From Patescibacteria group bacterium (lineage in GTDB: Bacteria > Patescibacteriota > Patescibacteriia > UBA9934 > GWF2-40-263): DNA of 64,000 nucleotides. The DNA lies in assembly GCA_004297215.1 (NCBI GenBank), contig SCUM01000001.1, positions 353,181 to 417,180 on the forward strand, read 5' to 3'. Of this stretch, positions 33,724 through 43,407 are shown piece by piece (the stretch's first letter is position 1; each line of letters opens with the position of its first letter). The translations under genes were made by a program, and so were the position numbers. The notes under the pieces were generated by a model that saw only the letters and a list, made by a program, of their open reading frames with translations, was not told where the DNA came from and ran no database searches.

Positions 33724-33894
33724 ATGTCGTCCGCCACGCTCAAGTACTACGACGTCTCCATGGGATTCGTCCCGTTCCGCAAGGAACGCGAACTCGAACG
33801 GTCGATGAACCACCTGCGGCTGCGCGTGTCGCGCCGGCGCTTCAAGCGGGCCGTGCGGCAGATGCTGTCGCGCCTGGACTCGGTCGAGGAATAG
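33724..33894 (+). CDS. Candidate small basic protein (56 aa) between lexA and dinB
   Basis: MSSATLKYYDVSMGFVPFRKERELERSMNHLRLRVSRRRFKRAVRQMLSRLDSVEE. Codon third positions are strongly G/C, as in bona fide genes here. It falls below the ORF-track length cutoff. Confidence 0.3.
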   Translation: MSSATLKYYDVSMGFVPFRKERELERSMNHLRLRVSRRRFKRAVRQMLSRLDSVEE

Positions 33895-33971
33895 TGGAAC
33901 GTATCACCATCCACGCGGACCCACCTTCGCCAAAGGCTTCGGCGGGTCGACATGCATGGCAACGGATCATC

Positions 33972-35210
33972 ATGCATGTCGACATGAACAGCTACTTCGC
34001 CTCGGTGGAGCAGCAGTTCAATCCCGCCCTGCGCGGGAAACCGATCGGCGTGACCGGAAAACGTACCGAACGATCGGTCGTCGCGGCCGCCAGTCGCGAG
34101 GCCAAGCTTCTTGGCGTGAAAACCGCCATGTCCACCTGGGAGGCGAGGCGCATCTGCCCCTCCCTCATCATCGTGCACGGCGACCCGCGCAAGTACGCCA
34201 TGATCACCGAACGCTTCAACGCCATCTTCAACGACCATGCGGACAAGGTGGAGCGCTTCAGCGTGGACGAAAGCTTCCTCGACGTCACCATCGCCGCGCG
34301 GGACTACCTGGGCGCGATCGCCATCGCGCAGTCGATCAAGCACCATCTTCGTCGCGAGTGCGGGGAATGCATCACGGCCTCCGTGGGCATCGCTCCTAAC
34401 AAGCTGCTCGCGAAGGCCGCATCGGAACGCATGAAGCCCGACGGACTTACGGTGGTGAAACCAGGTGAGGAAATCGCGTTCCTGGACACGCTCGCTCTCG
34501 AGGACGTCTGCGGCATCGGGCCGCGCATCGCGAGGCGCCTGGGACAGCTCGGCATCACCACGATCCCCCAGCTGCGCGCCGCGCCGCTGGGACTCCTCGT
34601 GAACGAATTCAAATCCTATGGATGCTGGCTGTTGAACGCCGCGCGCGGCATCGATCCGGATGACGTGGTGCACGACCCTTCGACAGGCTCAGGGCGGCGA
34701 GCGGTCGCCCCGAAATCCGTCGGGCATTCCTACACACTCCCCCGCGACGCCTGCGCGCCTACCACGATCCGTCGCTACCTGCTCGGGCTGTGCGACAAGG
34801 TCGCCTGGCGGCTGCGACGCGACGGGTACGCGGCCCGAAGCGTGAGCGCCTACGTCCGCTTCGGCGACTTCTCCGGCGCCGGACGACAACGACGATTCGA
34901 TGAGCCCGTGAACGACGGGCTTTCCCTCTACCGCATCGCCTGGTCCTTGCTCACAGACCCCCTCATGCTCCCCCTTTCCAAGGGGGAGATAGCTCGTCCG
35001 GTCCGCCTCATCGGCCTGTCGGCTGGCAGGCTCGCGCCTGTCTCCGGACAACCCTCGCTGTTCGCCGCCGACCGCAAGCGCGAGCGCGTGAACGCCGCGC
35101 TCGATCGCGCCCAGCGCCGATTCGGCAGCGGCGCCTGGACCCGCGCATCGCTTCTCAATACGTCCATCCTGGAACGGACCAGCGGGTTCGCGTACGACCA
35201 CGAACTCTAG
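33972..35210 (+). CDS. dinB: DNA polymerase IV (Y-family translesion polymerase)
   Basis: MHVDMNSYFASVEQQFNPALRGKPIGVTGKRTERSVVAAASREAKLLGVKTAMSTWEARRICPSLIIVHGD...FSVDESFLDVT. The start was set to the ATG at 33972. Confidence 0.9.
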   Translation: MHVDMNSYFASVEQQFNPALRGKPIGVTGKRTERSVVAAASREAKLLGVKTAMSTWEARRICPSLIIVHGDPRKYAMITERFNAIFNDHADKVERFSVDESFLDVTIAARDYLGAIAIAQSIKHHLRRECGECITASVGIAPNKLLAKAASERMKPDGLTVVKPGEEIAFLDTLALEDVCGIGPRIARRLGQLGITTIPQLRAAPLGLLVNEFKSYGCWLLNAARGIDPDDVVHDPSTGSGRRAVAPKSVGHSYTLPRDACAPTTIRRYLLGLCDKVAWRLRRDGYAARSVSAYVRFGDFSGAGRQRRFDEPVNDGLSLYRIAWSLLTDPLMLPLSKGEIARPVRLIGLSAGRLAPVSGQPSLFAADRKRERVNAALDRAQRRFGSGAWTRASLLNTSILERTSGFAYDHEL

Positions 35211-35770
35211 TCCGCGCCGAAGGTCCCCTTGATCACCTGTTCGCCCGGGTCAGGATTCCCGTCCTTTTTCTCAAGCGTCACGACCACGCGCGTGTAATCG
35301 TCGACCGTCCCGTCTTTCCCCCCTTCCCAACGCACCACGAATTCCCCGAGGTCGTTCGTGACCATTTCCCCGAGGGAGAAGAACTCGTAGGGCACCTGAC
35401 GGAGGAGCCACGCCTCGTACGCCTGGCTTTCGCGGTCGATCGCCAGTGGGGACATCACGAGCTCCACATAGGGTTTCCCGTCCTCTTGCCCGCGTCGGGC
35501 TACGCCGACCCTCACGCTCGAACGCACGTCAACGAGCGCCGCTTCTCGGTCTTGCCGGGCGGATTCAGGAATGGACGGGGTGATGGAAGTCGGCGTGGCG
35601 ATCGGGGCCGTCGAGGCGATGGAGATCGCCTGGGGTTCTGGCGTGCGGGCGCGGAAGGCTTTCACGCTCACGGCAAAGACGCCCGCGAGCACCGTCACCA
35701 AGAACCCGGTCACCAACACGGGACCAAGTCGGAAGAACCGTCGAGATGAGCGGACATGAGCGTGTCTCAC
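35207..35770 (-). CDS. Single-pass membrane protein with an extracytoplasmic domain (possible anti-sigma-factor-like); start uncertain
   Basis: TM helix LGPVLVTGFLVTVLAGVFAVSV, then a Pro/Thr-rich linker and a globular C-terminus. The start is proposed at the GTG at 35768-35770, which forms a GTGA overlap with the uvrD/pcrA stop. Confidence 0.45.
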   Translation of the reverse strand: MRHAHVRSSRRFFRLGPVLVTGFLVTVLAGVFAVSVKAFRARTPEPQAISIASTAPIATPTSITPSIPESARQDREAALVDVRSSVRVGVARRGQEDGKPYVELVMSPLAIDRESQAYEAWLLRQVPYEFFSLGEMVTNDLGEFVVRWEGGKDGTVDDYTRVVVTLEKKDGNPDPGEQVIKGTFGAD

Positions 35771-37854
35771 AGGTCGTCTACGTTCCTTAGCAGCCCTCGA
35801 TACGGGACATCGGTCTTCTTCTCGCCGAGCGCGTCCAGCACGATCATCGGTTCCTCGTCGGTCCCCCACCGGGAACGGGAAGGCGGCGCCGTGCGCGGGG
35901 CATGCCGCAATCGTACCTCCTCGGCGAGCCCTTGAGGAAGCTCGGTCACCAGGGGCGACGGCGCGCCAATCGAGAACGCGTCGGTCATGGAGGCAATGGG
36001 ATAGGTGAGGAACAGCCGGCGGCGCGCGCGGGTGATTGCCACATACAAGAGGCGGCGCTCCTCCTCAAGCCCGTCTTGCTCCTCGAGCGCGCGCGGATTC
36101 GGGAACTTGCCGTCGGCGAGCCCCATCACGAACACGGCGTCCCACTCAAGCCCCTTCGCCTGATGGATCGTCGTGAGCACCATCTTTTCTTCGTCCTGTG
36201 CCTCGCCGCTCCCGCCGCGCGCCGCCCCGTACTGGTCGGTGAGCGACACCTCATCGAGGAACGACGTGAGCGACTCGTAGCCGTCGGCGAACAGGGCGAA
36301 CTGCTCCAGGTCGTCCAGCCGGTCGCGGAAATCCGGGTACTCGGCCTCGAGGTAATCGCGATAGCCGCTTCCCGCGACTTCGCGGATCATGCCGGATGGG
36401 CCGCCGGCGGCCGCCGCCTTGCGAAGCACGTCACGCGCCGCCTCCCAGCCGCGGGCCGCTTTTCCTGACACGGGACACCGCGCGAGCACGGCCTCAAGCC
36501 CCTCCGCCCCGCGCAGGCCGTCGACGATCTTCCCGGCCGTCACGAGCCCGATGCCGCCCTGGAGCGAGAGCACGCGCATCCAGGCAGCTTCGTCCTTCGG
36601 ATTCGCGATCAGCCGCAGATGCGCCACGAGGTCCTTCACGTGCGCGCGCTCGAAAAACTTCATCCCGCCGCGGTACTCGTACGGGATGTCGCGCTTCATG
36701 AGCTCGAATTCGAGCGACTGCGAATGGAAGCTGGCACGGAACAGCACCGCGATCTCGCAGAGCGGCGTCCCCTCGTCGCGGAGCTGGAGCGCCTGCTCGG
36801 CGATATACCGCGCTTCCTCGGCATCCGTCCCGGCCGGCACCAGGCTCGGCTTTTCCTCGTGCGGACGCACGGCCCGGAGCTCCTTCTTGAACTGGTCCCG
36901 GTTATGCGCGATGACCCCGTTGGCGAGCGCCAGGATGTCGGGGGTCGAACGGTAGTTGGTGAGCAGCCGGAAGGTGGTCGCCCCCGGGAACAGCTCCGGG
37001 AACGCCAGGATGTTGCGGATGTCCGCGGCGCGGAACGAGTAGATGCTCTGCGCGTCGTCGCCCACCACGAGCAGGTTGCGGTGCACGAGCGAGAGCTCGC
37101 GCACGATGTGCGCCTGCAGCGCGTTCGTGTCCTGGTACTCGTCCACGAGCACGTAACGGAAGCGGTCCGCGAGCCGGTCGCGCACGTCGGGCCTCTCGCG
37201 CAGGAGCTTGAGGAGCAGCACGAGCAGGTCGTCGAAATCCACGGCGTCGGACGCCGCCTTGCGCGCCTCATAGAGCTCCGCGATGCGCTCGACGACGGGC
37301 GCCAGGTCGGAAAAATGCGGATGCTTGATCGTGAGCGCGTCGCGCACCGGGATCGTAGCATTGCGCGCGTAGCTCGCGATCCCCTTAAGCACGGCCGGCG
37401 ACGGGAAGCGGCGGGCCGTCGTATCCACATCGGCCTCCTTCACGCACAGTTTGATGAGGTCGCGCGCGTCTTCCTCGTCGAGGATCGTGAACGACGGCGT
37501 GCGGCTGACGAGCGGCGCGTACTGGCGCAACAGCCGGTTCGCGACGGAATGGAACGTGCCGCCCCAGATGCCGGTGGCTCCCGCGCCGAGCAGCCCTTCG
37601 ACGCGGTCGAGCATCTCCTTGGCCGCCTTATTCGTGAACGTGAGCAGGAGGATCTCGTCGGGTCGGACGCCGCCTTCCAGCAGATACGCCACCCGATACG
37701 TGACCGTACGCGTCTTGCCCGAACCAGCGCCGGCGAGCACCAGGCACGGCCCGTCCCCGCCCTCGACCACGGCCAACTGCTCCGGGTTCAGTTCCCCGGC
37801 ATAGTCGATCTTGCGCGCTCCCGCCGGAGCGTCCTTGAGGACGAATTCCTTCAT
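35767..37854 (-). CDS. UvrD/PcrA-type superfamily-1 DNA helicase
   Basis: MKEFVLKDAPAGARKIDYAGELNPEQLAVVEGGDGPCLVLAGAGSGKTRTVTYRVAYLL...TFTNKAAKEM has Walker A and the motifs Ia-VI. Confidence 0.9.
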   Translation of the reverse strand: MKEFVLKDAPAGARKIDYAGELNPEQLAVVEGGDGPCLVLAGAGSGKTRTVTYRVAYLLEGGVRPDEILLLTFTNKAAKEMLDRVEGLLGAGATGIWGGTFHSVANRLLRQYAPLVSRTPSFTILDEEDARDLIKLCVKEADVDTTARRFPSPAVLKGIASYARNATIPVRDALTIKHPHFSDLAPVVERIAELYEARKAASDAVDFDDLLVLLLKLLRERPDVRDRLADRFRYVLVDEYQDTNALQAHIVRELSLVHRNLLVVGDDAQSIYSFRAADIRNILAFPELFPGATTFRLLTNYRSTPDILALANGVIAHNRDQFKKELRAVRPHEEKPSLVPAGTDAEEARYIAEQALQLRDEGTPLCEIAVLFRASFHSQSLEFELMKRDIPYEYRGGMKFFERAHVKDLVAHLRLIANPKDEAAWMRVLSLQGGIGLVTAGKIVDGLRGAEGLEAVLARCPVSGKAARGWEAARDVLRKAAAAGGPSGMIREVAGSGYRDYLEAEYPDFRDRLDDLEQFALFADGYESLTSFLDEVSLTDQYGAARGGSGEAQDEEKMVLTTIHQAKGLEWDAVFVMGLADGKFPNPRALEEQDGLEEERRLLYVAITRARRRLFLTYPIASMTDAFSIGAPSPLVTELPQGLAEEVRLRHAPRTAPPSRSRWGTDEEPMIVLDALGEKKTDVPYRGLLRNVDDL

Positions 37855-37923
37855 GTCCGCGCACTGTATCAGATTAAAAAGCGACCCGACAGATGTCGAG
37901 TCGCGTGCGTCGCAGGGCGGCGA

Positions 37924-39156
37924 TCAGAGGAACTTGTGCAGGTCGTAGCCGATCTCGTACGCCTGATCGTAGTTCGGTCCGTTCTTGTGATTCAGGCATT
38001 CGATCATGGCTTGGATTCCGACCGTGAACCGCGCGATGGCGTTCGCCGAGGCGTACTCGGGCGTCGCTGGTGGCTGTGCCGCGGCGATGCTGTTCAGCAC
38101 GGTGAGAAACAGTTCGAGTTGCTCCACCGTCGGCACGAACTTCCCTTTGGCCGCGAGCGAAAGCGGGATCATCACGAGGTGGTAGCGGCGACCGCCGTGA
38201 AGGTGGCGAACAAGATTCCGCCCCTTCTCGAACAGTGCCTTCGCGCCGACGAGGTTTCCCTCACGCAGCGCCGCGGCCATCGCGGGAAAGTCCTTCTTGC
38301 ACTGGTAGCCGAAGAACCGGCAGAACGGGCTGATGATCATGCCGATCATGCGCTTCGCATGCGCGTCGATGCGGTCGGCCGTCTGGTGCCGCCTCTCCGG
38401 CGTCCACCAGTCGTCCGGCTTCGCCGCGGCTTCCGTGCATTGCTCGTCGAACGCATCGATGGCGTCGTAGACCCGGCCGACGAGGCGGGTGACGACGAAG
38501 ACGCGGGTGTCGAGGTAGACGGGGACCGTCTCTTCCTCCTCGATACGGGCGTCATTCTCCTCGATGGCGAGGTTCAGCATGTACGTGACGACGGACGGAT
38601 TGTTCCGGCCGCGCGAGTCCGCGAGAACCCGGCCGCGGGCAAGTCGCTTCTGCGCTTTCACCTTGTGCTCGTTGCGCGGTTTGCCGAACCGGTCCGGGGT
38701 AGCGTTCGCCTGTTCCCGGAACCCCTCGACGGCGGCGATGCCTCCGTGACCGACGAACTTCGCCTGCTGACGCAGGAGCCGCAGCTCGCGCGCGGCCTCT
38801 TTCAGGTTCGGCACGCTCACGAGATACTCGCCGACAGCCTGGTCGATGCCGCGGACGAACTCCTGCGGCTGACGGAACACCTGGCAGGGTTCGAACGGGC
38901 TGTTCTCGGGAAGAGCCAGGCGCTTGCCGAGCTCGACGTGACGATTGAGAAGGTCGCCTTCCCAGACGATCTGTTCGTCCTGATCCGTGTCGTTTGCCGA
39001 CTCGGTCGCGACGTACACCCCGTCCATGATTTCGCCGACTTCCGCGCGCATCTGAACGCGGCCTTTGAGCGCGATGGCATGCGGCTTGCGCGGCAGGTTG
39101 AACGGGTCGGGATCGGGGAGGTTGGCGATGTCGATGAGCTCGCGCCTTTGAACCAC
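37924..39156 (-). CDS. Hypothetical protein
   Basis: A 410-aa ORF at about 60% GC with protein-like composition and no motif I recognise. Confidence 0.45.
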   Translation of the reverse strand: MVQRRELIDIANLPDPDPFNLPRKPHAIALKGRVQMRAEVGEIMDGVYVATESANDTDQDEQIVWEGDLLNRHVELGKRLALPENSPFEPCQVFRQPQEFVRGIDQAVGEYLVSVPNLKEAARELRLLRQQAKFVGHGGIAAVEGFREQANATPDRFGKPRNEHKVKAQKRLARGRVLADSRGRNNPSVVTYMLNLAIEENDARIEEEETVPVYLDTRVFVVTRLVGRVYDAIDAFDEQCTEAAAKPDDWWTPERRHQTADRIDAHAKRMIGMIISPFCRFFGYQCKKDFPAMAAALREGNLVGAKALFEKGRNLVRHLHGGRRYHLVMIPLSLAAKGKFVPTVEQLELFLTVLNSIAAAQPPATPEYASANAIARFTVGIQAMIECLNHKNGPNYDQAYEIGYDLHKFL

Positions 39157-39227
39157 GGGACACCTCTTTGTTTGGTTGCCAGTCTGGCTTGCCGACCCTA
39201 CGACAAAAACGGACCCGTGTCAATGGA

Positions 39228-39375
39228 TAAAACTTGAAATAGGAAAACTTGAAGTACCAACGGACACGTGAAAGGACGAAAAAGCGAAACGTTTCAAACC
39301 GTTTCGCCTTTTCGTTCTTCAAACGTTTTTCCACCCTCGTTCAAGATTTCAAGTTTTCCTGTTTCAAGTTTTCGT
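39228..39375. repeat. Word-palindrome hairpin of the ttgaag/gaaaggacgaaaaag family (R10)
   Basis: aaaacttgaaataggaaaacttgaagtaccaacggacacgtgaaaggacgaaaaagcgaaacgtttcaaaccgtttcgccttttcgttcttcaaacg...ttcaagatttcaagttttcctgtttcaagttttcg. Confidence 0.75.
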
Positions 39376-41037
39376 TCACCAGCTCCCTCCGCCTCCGCCG
39401 CCAAACCCTCCCCCTGACGAACCGCCTCCGCCGCTTCCGCCAGAACTCGCCGGCGCCGACGCGGCATTAAGCGACGAGATGAAGCTATCCATGCTGTTTC
39501 CGAATGACGATGCATCCCAGGCCGACCCGGCGGGACCCGCGTACCACGCAGGCGACGCCGTTTGCTTTTCCGCGAGCGCGGAAGCCCACTTGTCGGCCAC
39601 CCCGAAGACGATGGCGTAGGGCAACAGCTTCTCGAAGATCCCCTGCTCCTCCTGCCAGCGCGACCGGTACTTTTCCGCTACCGACAGGTACTCCTTGAGC
39701 CCGAGCCCGCGGTCGGCCACGATGGCTCCCTTCTCGGTCTTCTTCGGCATGAACGGGGCGAACAGGAGGAAGAACCCGCCGGTCGTGATGAGCGAAATCA
39801 TGGCGATGGGCCGCCCGGTGATGGCCGCCGCCTGCGCGCCGAGCAGGATGCCCACGGCGAGCACCAGGATCCCGATGACCGCATGCGCGAACCGTTCCGT
39901 GCGCGGGTTCTTCACGTAATAGCCGTCGTCGGCCATGTGCCGGTACAGGGCGTCTTCCAAGGCACGGCGCGCCTTCGCCGTCGCCGCGTCGGAGCCGGAC
40001 AATCCCACTTCGGTCCTCCCCTCGAACAGGAGGTCGAGGAACGCGCGTTCATGCGGCTTGAGGTCGCCGTCCGGCCTCTTGAGCGTCAACGCGTAGTCCT
40101 TGTCCTTTTGCTCGATCGTGAGGAACCCGCGCACGGCCAGGTCCACCACCGTCGCCGCGAAGGCGCGCTGCACGCGGGCGGAAACGAGCGTCCCGAGCTC
40201 GGCCGGACGCAGCCCGGCGGGCGGCTCGTACTCCGCGACGATCGGCCTTTTCCCTTTCGGATCCTCTCCGTGATGCCGCCAACGATGGAACAGGACGAGG
40301 AACGCGAACAACGGGACGATCGGGAAAAACAGGTCCCAGTTGTCCGAAAGCCACCAGGCAAGCCGCGCTTGCGTGCCCGGCTCATGCGCCAGGTTCTTCG
40401 GGAACCGCACCGAGACGGTCATCGGTCCGGTGGCGGACATCCGGATCCCGTCCTTCACGAGCGTGAGCTCGCAGGAGGAGCCGGAAGAGGGGAAACACTC
40501 GTTGCGCAGGTCGCCCGCCGCGGCCCCGGCCACCTTCACGGTCGCCCGCACGGAAGGGAGCGGCGCGTCCCACGCGTCGCCGGTGACGTTCCAATACAGC
40601 TCATCCTCCAAGTCGCGGAACAGCAACGCGTTTTCCACGTGGTACGCAAGGTCGTAGCGGAAGTCGCCCGCGAAGGTGGCGTCCGGTTCGCCGATCTTGA
40701 TCACCTGGTACGCGCCGGAGCGGTAGCTCTCGAACGGCGCGCGCTCCCCGTCGCGCCGGACCGAGTCGACCCGCAGGCGGATGCGGTGCGTGGACCCGTC
40801 GGGACGCTCGTATGCGACCGGGATGAACCGGAACAATCCGTGGCGCGGTTCTTCGAACGAGCCCGTGATCTCCTCGGCCACGTCGAAGGATCCGTCCGAT
40901 CGCACCTCGATGTCCGAGCCAAACGACGTGAACGTGACGCCGCCCTGTCCTTGTGCGGACGCGGAGGCCGCGAAACAGAGAAGGCTAGCGAAGGAAGCGG
41001 CGACGGTTGTCCAGATGCTCCTCGAACGTGCGCGCAT
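39376..41037 (-). CDS. DUF2207-type membrane protein (extracellular domain, multi-TM region, Gly-rich C-terminal tail)
   Basis: Signal peptide, a large extracytoplasmic domain, internal TM helices, and the tail SGGSGGGGSSGGGFGGGGGGSW. Confidence 0.7.
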   Translation of the reverse strand: MRARSRSIWTTVAASFASLLCFAASASAQGQGGVTFTSFGSDIEVRSDGSFDVAEEITGSFEEPRHGLFRFIPVAYERPDGSTHRIRLRVDSVRRDGERAPFESYRSGAYQVIKIGEPDATFAGDFRYDLAYHVENALLFRDLEDELYWNVTGDAWDAPLPSVRATVKVAGAAAGDLRNECFPSSGSSCELTLVKDGIRMSATGPMTVSVRFPKNLAHEPGTQARLAWWLSDNWDLFFPIVPLFAFLVLFHRWRHHGEDPKGKRPIVAEYEPPAGLRPAELGTLVSARVQRAFAATVVDLAVRGFLTIEQKDKDYALTLKRPDGDLKPHERAFLDLLFEGRTEVGLSGSDAATAKARRALEDALYRHMADDGYYVKNPRTERFAHAVIGILVLAVGILLGAQAAAITGRPIAMISLITTGGFFLLFAPFMPKKTEKGAIVADRGLGLKEYLSVAEKYRSRWQEEQGIFEKLLPYAIVFGVADKWASALAEKQTASPAWYAGPAGSAWDASSFGNSMDSFISSLNAASAPASSGGSGGGGSSGGGFGGGGGGSW

Positions 41038-41932
41038 ATTTCACTTCCCCTTCGGGAGTGGTGAGGAAATAGTAATAGGGGTTCTTCGTCGGATGCTCCG
41101 CCGCCTGGATGGCATCGATCCCCGGGTTGCCGATCGGTCCCGGCGGAAGGCCGGGATACCGGTACGTATTATACGGCGAATCCACTTGCAGGTCTTCATA
41201 GGTGACGCTCGGGCGGTTCCCGCCGGTCGCATAATTCACCGTGGAGTCCGCCTGCAGGGCCATCCCGATCTCCAGGCGCTTGCGGAAGATGTCGGAAACC
41301 TGCGCCATATCCTCTGCCCCCCGTACCTCGCGCTCGAGGATGGAGGCGAGGGTAAGCGTCTTCACGAAGTCCTCCCCTTGGACGATTCCGTTTTCCGCGA
41401 GTCGCAGGCCAAACGTGGCGCGGAGCTTCCCGACCACGTCTTCACTCGTCGCGTCCGTGTGGAACCGATAGGTGTCCGGGAACAGGTACCCTTCGAGCCC
41501 CGCGGTTGCCGCATCCCACTCCTCTTTCGTGATATGCGGCAAAGCAGCACGCGTCACCTCGCCGATCTGTCTCACCGTGTACCCTTCCGGAATGGTAATC
41601 TCCACCTCCTCTCCCGCGGTCGACAGGCTCAAGATGGAAAGCAGGGCCACGTAGCTCATCCCCTCCTTCAACGTGAACGTGCCGGCCTTAAGGCGCGGCG
41701 CCGCGCCGGTCAGCCGTGCGAACGCCCTGAACGCGAACGGGCTCTCGATGATCCCGGCCTCCTGCAGCTGTCCGGCCACCGTCCGCGCCGTCGCGCCGGA
41801 AGGGACCGTCAACGAGATTTCTTCCGCTCCCGGTCCTGGAGCGATGAGGATGGCGTCGTACGCCACGGAACCTGCCCAGGCGACGAATGCAAGAGAGCAA
41901 GAAATGGCGAAGAGAAGGAAGAATCGGCTCAT
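40985..41932 (-). CDS. mltG: Endolytic murein transglycosylase MltG (YceG-like)
   Basis: N-terminal TM, then ...RATFGLRLAENG...LTLASILEREV...MALQADSTVNYATGGNRPSVTYEDLQVDSPYNTYRYPGLPPGPIGNPG. The start was set to the ATG at 41930-41932, which forms an ATGA overlap with the manC stop. Confidence 0.85.
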   Translation of the reverse strand: MSRFFLLFAISCSLAFVAWAGSVAYDAILIAPGPGAEEISLTVPSGATARTVAGQLQEAGIIESPFAFRAFARLTGAAPRLKAGTFTLKEGMSYVALLSILSLSTAGEEVEITIPEGYTVRQIGEVTRAALPHITKEEWDAATAGLEGYLFPDTYRFHTDATSEDVVGKLRATFGLRLAENGIVQGEDFVKTLTLASILEREVRGAEDMAQVSDIFRKRLEIGMALQADSTVNYATGGNRPSVTYEDLQVDSPYNTYRYPGLPPGPIGNPGIDAIQAAEHPTKNPYYYFLTTPEGEVKYARTFEEHLDNRRRFLR

Positions 41933-42927
41933 ACCACGTGAGGATAGCGTCCCTTGAGCTTCTCGACCACCTCCTTCACGCGCTGCGCGTCGGATTTCTT
42001 GCACACCAGGAGCGCTTCGGGCGTGTCCACCACGACGACGTCATCCAGCCCGAGCACGGCCACGGGCTTGTTCCCGTACGCATACACGAGCGACCCGCGC
42101 GTGTCGACGAGCACCGAGTCGCCGCGCTCCACATTCGCTCCTTCCTCCGCGAGCTGCGCATGCAGCGCGTCCCAGCTCCCCACGTCGCTCCAGGGGAACG
42201 TGCCCTGGATCACCGTCATGGCCGACGCGGGCATGCGTTCGGTGACGACGCGATCGAACGAGGCGCGCGCGCCCGAGAGGATTTCCGGCGCGTACCGGTC
42301 GCAGGCCTCGACGAACATCCGCGGGGTGGCCATGTAATAGTTCGCGTGCCAGAGATACGACCCGTCCTCGAGATACGACTTGGCCGTCTCGTAGTCCGGC
42401 TTCTCGGCGTGGCCCAGGAACTCGAACGCGTCCACCGCGCCGTCGCATGCCACCATCGTCCCGATGCGCGTATAGCCGAGGCCGGTGCTCGGGAACGTCG
42501 GCGCGATGCCGATGTCCGCGAACGTGCCGCGTTGCTTCACGATAAGCTCTCCGGCGGACAAGCAACGCAAGAACGCTTCATCATCGCCGATGAAGTGGTC
42601 GGACGGGACAAACACCAAGGGTTCGTCCGGCGCAACGTCCATAAGCGCCGCGGCGGCGAACCGCATGGCTGGCCCCGTGTCGCGTCGTTCAGGTTCGACA
42701 AGGATGCGCCCGACGAGCTCCGGGAGTTCCATCGCGACCAGCTCCGCCACCTCGGGAGCGACGCACGCGTAGATCTTTTCCGACGGGATCGACCGCAGCA
42801 GCCGCCGGTACGTGTCACGCAACAACGACTCCTCGGTGAGGAGTGCGGCGAACTGCTTTGGCTTGGCCGTGCGGGAAAGCGGCCACAACCGCACCCCTCC
42901 CCCGCCGCAGAGGATGATGGCGCGCAT
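41929..42927 (-). CDS. Mannose-1-phosphate guanylyltransferase (nucleotidyltransferase family)
   Basis: MRAIILCGGGGVRLWPLSRTAKPKQF... Confidence 0.85.
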   Translation of the reverse strand: MRAIILCGGGGVRLWPLSRTAKPKQFAALLTEESLLRDTYRRLLRSIPSEKIYACVAPEVAELVAMELPELVGRILVEPERRDTGPAMRFAAAALMDVAPDEPLVFVPSDHFIGDDEAFLRCLSAGELIVKQRGTFADIGIAPTFPSTGLGYTRIGTMVACDGAVDAFEFLGHAEKPDYETAKSYLEDGSYLWHANYYMATPRMFVEACDRYAPEILSGARASFDRVVTERMPASAMTVIQGTFPWSDVGSWDALHAQLAEEGANVERGDSVLVDTRGSLVYAYGNKPVAVLGLDDVVVVDTPEALLVCKKSDAQRVKEVVEKLKGRYPHVV

Positions 42928-42930
42928 AGC

Positions 42931-43404
42931 TCAGTCAATGATACCGGTTGAAAGGAGGATCCATACCGCTGCGTATACGGCCAGGAATCCGACGAGGGCG
43001 CCCACCAACGTATCGGTCGGATAATGAACGCGGACGCGGACGCGCGACCAGGCCATGAGAACGGCCGACAGGACGAACAGCGGGGCGAACGGCTCGCCGT
43101 CAAACAGATAGACGTAGGCGATCGCTGATGCGATTGCCGTGTGCGCAGACGGGAATGAAGGGGTCTCCCACAACATCTTGATGAGAGCCTTCTCTCCGTT
43201 TTGGAACGGACGGCGTCGATGGAATGCCAGCTGGAGAAGGAATGCGAACAGCCAGGCGAGGAATACGGGAAGGATCAGGAGCAACAACCCCGTATATCTC
43301 GACAGCAGGAGCCCAAGACACAGGATGACGAAAATCAAATACGTCGCGCACCAAATGGCGACGCGGTCCAAAATGTTTTTCGGCTGGGCCAGTTCGGTGG
43401 TCAT
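42931..43404 (-). CDS. PAP2-family lipid phosphate phosphatase
   Basis: Carries the PAP2 motifs HRRRPF... / PSFPSAHT / SRVRVRVHYPTD. Confidence 0.8.
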   Translation of the reverse strand: MTTELAQPKNILDRVAIWCATYLIFVILCLGLLLSRYTGLLLLILPVFLAWLFAFLLQLAFHRRRPFQNGEKALIKMLWETPSFPSAHTAIASAIAYVYLFDGEPFAPLFVLSAVLMAWSRVRVRVHYPTDTLVGALVGFLAVYAAVWILLSTGIID

Positions 43405-43407
43405 ACG

